Of a stretch of DNA of 20,000 nucleotides, positions 10,902 through 20,000 are shown piece by piece. The stretch is taken from contig MU053209.1 in the NCBI GenBank assembly GCA_013239625.1, positions 65,965 to 85,964 on the forward strand, in the 5' to 3' direction. The stretch is from Lama guanicoe. Lineage: Eukaryota. The position numbers were made by a program, and so were the translations under genes. Position 1 is the stretch's first letter, and each line of letters opens with the position of its first letter. The notes under the pieces were generated by a model. That model was not told where the DNA came from and did no database searches. It was given only the letters and a program-made list of their open reading frames with translations.

Positions 10902-12895
10902 TTTATTTAGTCATCAAGTATTTATCAAGCACTTTTTAATGTATGTAGCTCTGTCCCAGAATCTGGGAAAAGAGATGTGAACAAAACCAGGACCTACTAC
11001 TATGGAATTTAAACTGCAAGTGGTGGGAGGAGGAAAGATAATTTGGAAATTAGATCAATGAATCGTTAATATAAGTTCCTCTGGTGATACATTCTGTGAG
11101 AAAAAGAAGGCCAGCGGGACAGCGCAGAGTGACAACTTTACACAAGGTGACTAGGAAAGGCCTATGTAAGGAGGTGATATTTGAAGAGACCAATGGCTAC
11201 AGATGTGTGGGAACACTTGTGACAACAGAAACCACAACAGCAAAGACATTGAGACAAGAACTAGCTGGCAGGCTTCAGAATAGCAAGAAGGCCAACGTGG
11301 CTACAGCAGAATGAGCACAAAGGACGTGATTAGGGCATGAGATCCGCACATAGCTAGGCTTTGGATCATGGCTGTTCCCCCAGGTTGTGGTAAGGGTCTT
11401 CCAGCTTCAGCAAGGAAGCAGGATCATCAGACTCCCTTTGACATTCTCTCTCTAGATGGATGTGGGTAAAAGGCAGAATGAACGTAGGAGTGGAGGCTGG
11501 GAAATCAACCAGGAAGACATCGTAGTATTACAGGAAATCAATAATGATGATGATGTGAAGTAGGCTTATAGCCACTGTCTTTGAGAAATGTTCTGTAGGT
11601 AGCGAAAGCATGACCTACTGATGAGGTAGATGTGAGTTGGGAAAAAAAGAAAAGGACCGAGGATCATTCTACGAGACATACAAGTACAGGTGCTCAAAAG
11701 GCACTCACATGGATTAGGAGCTCATTTGAGAAGAAAGCACCCCAGGTCTAAATTTTGTGATCTTTAAAAATCCCATCTTTGATGAAATCATCTAGTGAAT
11801 GATGTAGGCAGAGAAGAAGAGGGCAGAGGAATGTTCCCACCAATGTCTCAAATGTTTTGGACAAGAAAGTCCAGAAAAAGAGATTAAGAAGGAGTGGCCT
11901 TGAGGTAAGATAAAAATATAAAGAGTGTGGGAACCCGAAATCCAAAGGAAAAGAGTTTAGAGGGAGATGCTGCTAAAAAAACAGTAAGATTTTAAAAAAA
12001 ATGACATTGACTTTTAAGTTGTCAAGTGGGAGGTTTTTGATAACTTTGGTCATATTAGTTTCAGTGACAAAAATGATAGCTTATTAGATTGAGCCACAGA
12101 GACTGAAATGGGGGAAGCAGACACATTTAGTGTAGACAGTATTTGGGGGGAACTGTCATGTGAAGTTGGCAGAGAATTGAGCAGTAGCTAGAGGAGAACG
12201 TGAAGGCAAGACAATTCTCAGCTTTACTGTGGGAGACAATGCATTTTTATTGTGATGGTAATTAACCACGAGAGAGTAAATATTACTGATACAGGTCAAA
12301 AGGAAGGTAATTGTAGAGGCAAAGTACACATAGTGCACAGACAGGAGAGCTGGGCTGGGAACTGTGATTTCACTGGAGAAAGATTTTCTACGTCCGCTTA
12401 CAACACCCTGAAGGAGGAGCTAATGGTCAGGAAGTGAGATGTTTAAAAATAAAGGTTTCATATGTGGAGTTGTTTGTGAGAAGTGGTTTAAAGCTATCAA
12501 AGCAGGGGATTAAATGGGAGGGAGTGTTCTTGGCTGTGAGGTGGTCAAGGTCAGTGGATGGGGCATGCATAGTATATGGTGTTATGAGAGCCACCAGCAG
12601 GGGTATCAGGAAGAGGAAGACAGTACTTAAAGGGTTAAAGTATTCAAATGAGAGGGTATGTAACTGTGAGGTCAGTAACTATTGCAACAAAGACAGGCAG
12701 CAAATACAGAAATCTAATGTATCCATTAAAAATAGGGTTTCTGAAAGAGAAACCATGAACTACAACTTAGAAGCCACCACAAGGAGCAAAGCAGACATCT
12801 TCAAGCTCCATCGCATGAAGGCCGTGAGAAGAAGGCAGAAACTCACACGCTTTGAGAAGACTGCAAGGAAATTCCCACTGGGAAAAAACTTTTCA
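10902..12895 (-). mobile_element. L2 LINE (L2a-like), ~2 kb, degenerate
   Basis: Starts with the reverse-complemented L2 tail (tttatttagtcatcaagtatttatcaagcac). Continues with typical antisense L2 blocks: ggaaaggcctatgtaaggaggtgatatttga, gaatagcaagaaggccaacgtggctacagcagaatgag, tgtagacagtattt, ctttgagaagactgcaaggaa. Purine-rich throughout. Confidence 0.8.
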
Positions 12896-13447
12896 AATCA
12901 TCTTTTCTAAAAAAGAAAAGCTAAATAAAGTTCATATAAGAATGACTTCATCTTGAACTCTTATATTCACAAGTGTTATAATGAAATGCATATAAAAACA
13001 TTTGCTAAATGAATGAGTCAATCTCCTGGCCTTCAGCCCTGTGATAACTGCTGATCTGCTTCTTTTGAGCATATCTGGAAGATGATGAATGGGTGACACC
13101 AATCCACAAGATGCTGCAAGCTTTATTTCTCCTTTTCATAAGGTTTCCCACTAGCCCCTCATCAGTAGTATATGTAGGAAATACATTAGTTATGCTATTA
13201 ATATCATGTCGACTTGTTGGAAGAATGGAAAGGCATTCTAAACTTCAAAGCCGAGATGAATGTTTCAATATAATGAATGTGGAACTCAAGATGACAAACT
13301 TGATCGGCTCTCTGAAAAGGCAAAAGCTGATAAGACAAGGAAAATCCATATAACTTAAATCAAAAACCAGTCTCAACGCTGTGGGCCTTAAGACAACTAT
13401 AAGTGCAGCCCCCAAAGGCCCTGATCTAACCATAGATCAAAAACAAG

Positions 13448-13520
13448 ATATCTATCTATCTATCTTATATAATATAATATATATTATATTATATATATAT
13501 GTATAGTGTGTGTGTGTGTA
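13448..13520. repeat. Compound microsatellite (TATC)n-(TA-rich)-(TG)n
   Basis: atatctatctatctatcttatataatatataatatattatattatatatatatgtatagtgtgtgtgtgtgta read directly. Confidence 0.9.
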
Positions 13521-14099
13521 TTTCTCTTTTAGTCTCTCCACCAATCTTTTGATTTTGGTCAAGCATCCTGACTGCCTCTCCTTAGACTGAGGCTTGATCT
13601 TCTGAAGTATTAGATGTGTAGCTCAAGAAAAAAATATGAGTTACACCCTGGAGCTTGAAGATCAGCTTATATACAGCCAAGGAAGTTGAAAGAATTCAAA
13701 ATTAATTCTAAGTAGGCCCCCGCAGACTGTTGAATTCTAACTTCTGAACAACACCCAAAAAATGTTGAGTATGTTCTACCTCCTAGAATTAAGATAAAAT
13801 AAAAAATGGCAATATGAGACTTATTTTACTCAAAATTCTCTCTGCTGAATAGGGAATATAATAAATAGATAAATACAAATGGGTTTCAGGGAATAAATTC
13901 TGCTTGACTCACTGTTTCAGTTTCTATTTTCTGAACAAAGTATTGATAAAAAGAACTACTAAATGGTTCATGATTCTGTTATTTTTCTTACATTAAAATT
14001 TTAAAATTAGATTGCAAATAAAGCAATGGGGAAAGGAGAGCTCCAAGTACCTGGCGTCAAGTTGGTCCCTCCAGAGCTGTTTAATTTCATGTGAGGAGA

Positions 14100-14349
14100 T
14101 ACGTGACTTTGCAACTGGGTTTCCTATTAAATATTTGACTTTATTCAGAGTAATACAATGCAAGGAGGTTTGTGCCGTGAATGTCAATGTTCAGCTGGAA
14201 TCTACGATGTTTTACAAATCTATTTAATATAAAAAACTGAAGCAATCTCAATTGAAGTCAAAGAACACGTGATGACTCAAAACATGAGAGAAATATTACA
14301 TCAGTCCACTACTAGAGTTCAGATTTGGCCAGATTTGTCACAGGTGAGT
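14100..14349 (+). promoter_or_regulatory. Candidate promoter/first exon or enhancer (motif cluster, TATA, consensus donor)
   Basis: AAATATTTGACTT (FOXA-like, 14129-14141), TATAAAA (14228-14234), CACGTG (14266-14271), TGACTCA AP-1 site (14273-14279) and CAG|GTGAGT (14341-14349). Motif evidence only. Confidence 0.25.
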
Positions 14350-14634
14350 TGAATAATTTTTCAGCCTAAAATACGTCACAGGAACCACTCCAGTAGGCCA
14401 TGCTTTCAACAACAAAGGAATTACTTTAATTTTGATTGCCATAATTTCTTTGTCTGATATTTGAAGAACTTACAAAATGCCTTCCTCTCCCAAACCTAAA
14501 ATAATATTCTGCTTAGACAAAACATTTAGAATTTGGTAGGTCTTATCTAACGTACGTATTCATGCTTCGCATGGGAATTAGTGTTTGCTTCCAAAGTCTT
14601 AGTTTCTAGTGGTCTTGAATATTATAAACTGCTT

Positions 14635-14821
14635 CTTTTTATTGACATGGTTAACAAAAATTAAAAAAAAAAAAAACACAGGCCAAGGTGTAAAGTCAAA
14701 TAACTCACTCCCAGCTCTAGTCCCATCTAACCTATTCCCATCTCTTGTCCGTGGGGAACTATTTTAGTTATTTTGGGAGATTCCACAATTCATATATGCA
14801 AACACATATAGAAACAAATAT
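14635..14821 (-). mobile_element. Ancient L1 (L1ME-like) 3' UTR end
   Basis: ttttattgacatggttaacaaaaatt...aaggtgtaaagtcaaataactcactccc...ggggaactattttagtt...catatatgcaaacacatatag resembles the reverse complement of L1ME 3' ends. Confidence 0.55.
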
Positions 14822-15175
14822 AATTTCCCATGGTGCAAACCCTCCCCCCATGGCTCAGATCAAGCTACCAGACTAGCATCATAAATGGAATTGAGAAGAG
14901 ACAAGCAGTTGTAGACCATAATACAGAGTATTTCCACTACACAGAAACAAGGGAATCAACATAAATAATTTAAGAGCATAGATTATAGTAAGATGTAGGG
15001 GAGTAATTAGGAAATTGTGAATTTTGAGTGCTTGCTTTTGTTTTAAATATAATTTAAGTCTAAGTTTATGTTATTTATTTTTTAAAAAATGAGTTGGTTT
15101 ATCAGCTGCCTCACAAAATTCCTGCAAATGCAAGACTTTGGCTTTTGTCATCTGGTATTCCTGACTCCACTGCTC
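14822..15175 (-). mobile_element. MER63-family non-autonomous DNA transposon (hAT-Blackjack), partial
   Basis: Colinear with the recalled MER63 consensus: tttcccatggtgcaaaccctccccccatggc...tcaagctacca...agtatttccactacacaga...aagagcatagattatagtaagatgtag...taattaggaa...ttttgagt...cacaaaattcctg. Strand is relative to the recalled consensus. Confidence 0.75.
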
Positions 15176-15790
15176 ATAGCCTTACTCCTTAGGGTGAGGT
15201 AAAGAGGTTATTGTCATAACCTATGACCATTTCAGTTTGATAGATATTGACAAACTGTCTCAAAAAGTTTATTCAGGTAAAATTTCCCTCAGTGGAATCT
15301 GTTTATCACTGCCATCTATAAATTTAATAAACAGTAAGTACTCAAATTTCTTGGTCTTACATGAATGATAACTCATTGTTGTGATGTTCTGTTGTGTTAT
15401 TAATTGATATTAATTGTGAATGTTCATTAGTCATTGAAGCTTCTTTGAGATATCAGGTTATAGTCTTTTAAATGTTTTTCTTAGGAACTGCTTTTATTTT
15501 TACATGAAACGCATAAGTCATAAATATGTTCTGTTTTTTTAATTAATCTGTGGTGAAGCATTTGGTAATATGATAAAATTAACATTTACCTTTAAGGCTT
15601 CTTGGTTTCATGCCAAGTAGAGAGACAGCCTTACCTGTCCACTAGATTCTAGTCATTCTCTGCTGTATAATTTCATATTATCTTATTTTCAGTAATCTAC
15701 CATATTGACATCAATATGTGTATACTATGAAAATGGATATGATTTTATTCCCTTCTAAAGTGATTGTTTTAGTATTTTTGTTCTTATTTT
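15176..15790 (-). mobile_element. Ancient L1 (L1ME-like) continuation, degenerate ORF2 3' region
   Basis: tttgatagatattgacaaactgtctcaaaaagtt...ctcattgttg...ttcattagtcatt...cttcttt is typical T-rich antisense L1M. End point approximate. Confidence 0.55.
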
Positions 15791-16339
15791 CTACTTCTTG
15801 ACTGTAACTCAATATTACCTTCTGTTAAGAAAGTGGGTACTTTCTAGAGTAATTTTGAACGTATTTATTTTGACCACAGTTAATGGTGTTCATGTCATAC
15901 TGTAGAAAACACTAGCTTATTCAATACATTGTGTTGAGGCTTTGACAGTTTACCCTAGAAAGGACAAAAAATGTAGGGATATTTACACTAAATTTTTTTT
16001 TTGAGGGTGAGGAAATTAGTGATGAATACAAGCTAAGACTTACTTGGTCATGAGAAGGGACAATAAAATAAAAGAATCACCCACCAGGTATTTGTGCATT
16101 TCATGGGGATAACTAGGGGGGTGCCTGATATACAGGTAAGTGGATAAATATAACAACAGATAGTTTAAGCAAACGTGACTGTGGAAATTTTCACCCAATT
16201 CAAACTGATAATACAAAACTTATTTTGCACTGAAGGGTTTATTGTACCGATCATAATATTTCTATTTTCTAATGAAATATCTTCTTGATGATAAGATGAT
16301 GAAATGTTCTTCTAGAGAACTGAGGTATCCCTATTGAGG

Positions 16340-16656
16340 ACAGAGGGTTTGAGATGACCCCACTCCCATGTACGGGTCTGGATGGTGGCTGTTAGCTAGT
16401 GTCTCTCTCTCCAGGTACTGTCTCCCTATTGCAGTCAAACCATGGGTTTTTACATGGTTATACGAACAGTTCAGGTGGAGAAATCCCAAAGCTCAGGGGC
16501 TTACTAAATTTTTGCTTATGTCATCTTATCTGATGGTTCATTGGCCAAAGCAAAGATGCAGAGCAAAGAGAAGAGCTGTGTAATGGAAACCTCCCTAAGA
16601 GCCTGGATACTGGACCCTGTGAGTCACTGGGACCATTACAGTAACCATCGACTGCA
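16340..16656 (-). mobile_element. MaLR solo LTR, MLT1 (MLT1G/H/I-like)
   Basis: gatggtggctgttagctag...ttacatgg...cattggccaaagcaa...gcctggatactgga...gtcactgggaccattacagtaaccatcgactgca resembles the MLT1 reverse complement, which ends ...caatctaccaca. Confidence 0.65.
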
Positions 16657-17171
16657 CTGGTCTTCATAGGTCATGTCATGACAACAGTGAATACAGAGGA
16701 AGTAAAAATGATTTAGCTATTCTTCTGAGTGATTTTTTTCCATATTTGAAACTAATTTCATTACTAGTTATTAGTAAATGTTTTCTAATCATTGAAAAAA
16801 CATTGTCTTTCATGAAAGAGATAGTTTAAGTATAGCTTTTGCCTGATGTGAGGTAACTTCTGTTATCTAAGGCTATAAGGAAGGCTGGAACTAAACTCAA
16901 ATATTTTACACCAAGTAGGTTTCCACGGATATTTATTACATTATCCATTTGAAGATCTCAGTGGATATTAAGGTTCAAACCATTATAACAGCATACAGTA
17001 GGTCAAAAAATCATTATCTGTCAAAATCAATTCAAGTCTTTCAATCTAAAAGTGAATAGATAACAAATTTCACAGATTTTGTGATTAAAATAATAGCTTA
17101 AATACTTCTGCAGTGTTGCAGAGATACTGCTAGGAATAACTGATAAAGACACAAAGAACTAAAACAAGCAT

Positions 17172-17240
17172 GCAGTTTTTCATCTGTGCAGCCGCATTTG
17201 GAATAATGAGGATGAACCTCGCCCCTACTGGCTATTTAGT
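17172..17240 (+). mobile_element. MIR core fragment
   Basis: cagtttttcatctgtg...ggaataatgaggatgaacctcgcccctactgg resembles the MIR core. Confidence 0.35.
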
Positions 17241-17294
17241 TAAGGCACCCGCTCTACTACTCAACAGACGTTAATGATATGTGATGTGTAATGG

Positions 17295-17652
17295 TCCAAA
17301 GAGAGTCACAGGGCTAAGATCAAGGTGGGCAGAACTGGTGCCTTCTGGAGGTTCCAGGGGAAAAACTGTTTCTTTCTTCTTCCAGATTCTAGTGACTGCC
17401 AACTTCCTTTGGCTTGAATCCACATCACTCCTGTCTCTGGTCCACACTGTCTTCTCTTCTAAAATCTAATCTTTCCCTGCCTCCCTCTTATGAGGACATT
17501 TGTGATTACAATCAGGAGCCACCCAGAGAGCCAGTATAATCCCCCTGCCTCAAGATGAACTTCATTACATTTGGTAAGTTTCTTTTGTCACGTGCACAGG
17601 GTGTGGGCATTAGAATGTGGAGATATTTGGGAACCTTATTTAGACTACCGTC
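17295..17652 (-). mobile_element. MaLR solo LTR, MLT1C/MLT1D-like
   Basis: gggctaagatcaaggtgggcagaactggtgccttctggaggttccaggggaaaa...ttccagattctag...gcctccctcttatgaggacatttgtgattaca...attagaatgtggagatatttggg...ttatttagactacc is a clear antisense MLT1C/D pattern. Confidence 0.85.
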
Positions 17653-17654
17653 AC

Positions 17655-18066
17655 TCCAGAGTCATGTCAAAACACAGTCAAATACAAACACTGTCCAGAT
17701 CACAGATCCAACCAAACATCCCCCTAAGCTGAGTAATATGACTGCTGCTTCTCACCAGTGGTATCTTTAGCTTCACTCACATTTTTCTACCCTCCTTCTC
17801 GATAAGGTTTATGGAGTTACCCAGTCACAGAGTTAACTGTACTTCCCAACAGAATCCATCCAGAGCAACACTCACTTCCTTAAACTCTCTCCAAATCACC
17901 TAACAAAAGCCCAAATCCTGTATTAAGACTTTTCTATCACTCTCCTTCCAACATATCCCTGCTTCCCGTGCTGGGGACTGTCCTTCACTTCAGCGACCAA
18001 TGATTAAGCAAACATTACTTAGCTACTGTTGTCTTCCTGGTGGTCCCTGGCTGCAGGGTTTTGACA
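17655..18066 (+). mobile_element. ERV1-class solo LTR (MER110/MER90-like), probably 5'-truncated
   Basis: tgactgctgcttct...atccagagcaacactcacttccttaaactctctccaaatcacctaacaaaagcccaaatcctgta...ttcctggtggtccctggctgcagggttttgaca, ending in the LTR-type TGACA at 18062-18066. Subfamily name is from memory. Confidence 0.65.
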
Positions 18067-18084
18067 AATCAAAGGCCACAACAT

Positions 18085-19105
18085 ATCGGAATATATTTGA
18101 AATCCATATAATTGGAAAATAGTAGAATTGGAATACTGAATATATATATATATATATATATTTAGTGCTACAAAAGTAAGAAAATGAAAAACAACCCAAT
18201 ATCGACATTGACAAAGAACCTATACTTCCCACAAGAAAAAAAAAGCTGTAATGGTGAAAATAATATGAAGAGATATTTGACTTCATTAGCAACTGAGAAA
18301 ATATGAATTAAGACCATCAAACAAGTTGTAGATTACCCCCCACTGGACTAGCGAAATTAATGAAATATGACAGCATCAAAATTCGAAATTTATTTAAATT
18401 AAAAGAAACTCATATATTGTTAGGGAGAATGTAAATTGGCCAATCATATCACATCACAATGGAAATAGATGAAAATTATCTTGTAAAACTGAACAGCAAT
18501 GTTCATGATAAAATATTTTAAAAAGAAAAATAAAACCTTGAATGCCTTTAGAGTAGAAAAAAGTGTTTTTTAAATTTTCAGTCTTTCCATCTCACGCCAT
18601 ACTACTGTAGGGAAAATGAATTGACAATGGCCACAACATGGATGAGTTGAATAAAGGAAATACAATGACCAGAAAACTAGGTCAAATAATCCTGTTTTTA
18701 TAAAGCTCAAAACAGCAAAATTAACAATACAGTGTTTTGAATGCCTTATAAGTGGGGTAAATATAGACAAAAGGTTCAGAAAACTACAGAGTATATGATT
18801 ACATTTTTCTAAACTCCCAACAGCAAAACTGGCATGTGTTATTTTAAATTATTTTTACATGTTACAAAGTACACAAAAAAAAAAAAAAGGAAATGATAGG
18901 AAAAAGAAAGGAAATGATAAATAAAATTCACAGTGAGGAGGAACACACGAATATTTTCAGTGGGTTTCATTATATTCTGTTCTGCAGTGGGAGTGGGGTT
19001 TGCATTCCTAATTATGTTTCACTGTATACACGCACATATATATGTACGTGTATGCATATATGACAAATGCTCAATTGTATGGGTTATTATACGATCTTAA
19101 AAAAT
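18085..19105 (+). mobile_element. Ancient L1 (L1ME-like) ORF2 3' end and 3' UTR, degenerate
   Basis: aaaacaacccaat...acaaagaac...aatatgaagagatatttgacttcattagc...gaaactcatatattgttagggagaatgtaaattgg...tttataaagctcaaaacagcaaaattaac is typical A-rich sense L1M. Confidence 0.75.
18140..18161. repeat. (TA)n microsatellite, about 11 units
   Basis: atatatatatatatatatatat read directly. Confidence 0.9.
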
Positions 19106-19735
19106 TACTCTAATTTGGAGCCAGACTCCTTCCTCCTTGGCTAATATTCTCAGTCATATCAGTGTTGAGAAGACTTTCTATAACTCCCAATTCTTTCCTC
19201 TTCAAAATTTCAAACCACTGACATCAGTTGAATAATGCACTGTCCTGATCCCGGCGTTTCTACTGGCAGACGTCTCCCCGAGTTTCCCCTGCAGGCTGCT
19301 TCCCTGGTGTGAGCGCCACATCATTTGTCTAGCTGCTCTTGTATTTGCTTTAAACTTCCTCTCCTCCTTGACCTACTTGACTGAGGAATTATGGCCTCAA
19401 ACACAAGCGATGCGACTGAGATAATTTGCCAGATATTCTAACCCACGGGCTTCTGAATTATTTTACTCTTAGGGGAGCTGTCATAGTTCCTGGCTCACAT
19501 TCTCCTTTAGATATTCTTTCTGTTCTTTTTTTCCCACATTACCAAGGGTCTGTGTTTTAGAATGAGCATTTTGATACTTTAAAAAGAAAAGCCTCCTGGC
19601 TTTACATAGTTTAATTTTGAAGCTCTCATTCTGAATTACAGTCTTTTGTACTGACTGGTACCTTCTACTTGGATACGATCTCTTTGCTAACACGTGTACC
19701 CTTAAGGCATGGCCCTTGCGTGATCAATAAACAAT

Positions 19736-19757
19736 TAACGTTGACGTAACGTTGACG
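19736..19757. repeat. Perfect 2 x 11 bp tandem duplication (TAACGTTGACG)
   Basis: 19736-19746 is identical to 19747-19757. Confidence 0.9.
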
Positions 19758-20000
19758 CATCTTATCATCATGGAATAACAATATGTTTTATTCAGCCAAA
19801 ATCATTTTAGTTTCAACATTAACATCTGCCTAAAATAAGAAAATGACTGACCTGATTTTAAAGCTACTAAGATTTAAATGAAGTCACTATATAAGACCAG
19901 GATAATTCTGAACATAAATGAAGATGTTCAATATTTCTGAAATATATTGAGAGATTTCCACACAAGTTCTGTTAGGCAGTTAGATAAGTGGGGGCACCAG

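Noticed and set aside
11084..11314. 76-aa ORF and other 60-95 aa ORFs in the track
   Set aside because: Lengths are as expected by chance, many have non-ATG starts or lie in decayed repeats, and none resembles a known protein.
12434..12910. 158-aa ORF on the + strand
   Set aside because: Non-ATG start, lies antisense within the degenerate L2, and has no recognisable domain.

Overview
This is AT-rich, essentially non-coding eutherian mammalian genomic DNA (intergenic or intronic). I recognise no protein-coding gene, RNA gene, CRISPR array or prokaryotic element, and none of the listed ORFs resembles a protein family I know. Much of the window is old, diverged interspersed repeat: MLT1-type MaLR LTRs (~1.6-2.0, 16.3-16.7 and 17.3-17.65 kb), a ~2 kb antisense L2 (10.9-12.9 kb), MIR and L2 fragments, an antisense L1ME-like element interrupted by a MER63 hAT transposon (14.6-15.8 kb), an ERV1 LTR resembling MER110/MER90 (17.66-18.07 kb) and a sense L1ME-like 3' end (18.1-19.1 kb). 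Repeat families were assigned from recalled consensus motifs, so boundaries and subfamilies are approximate. The clearest unusual structure is a pair of near-identical tandem duplications 60 bp apart (2 x 79 bp at 3483-3640; 2 x ~210 bp at 3701-4121). There is also a small CpG island (~7190-7400) inside a 192-codon stop-free frame, and a TATA/first-exon-like module at ~14100-14350. I cannot support a claim of a new biological system; the findings are modest, testable leads.
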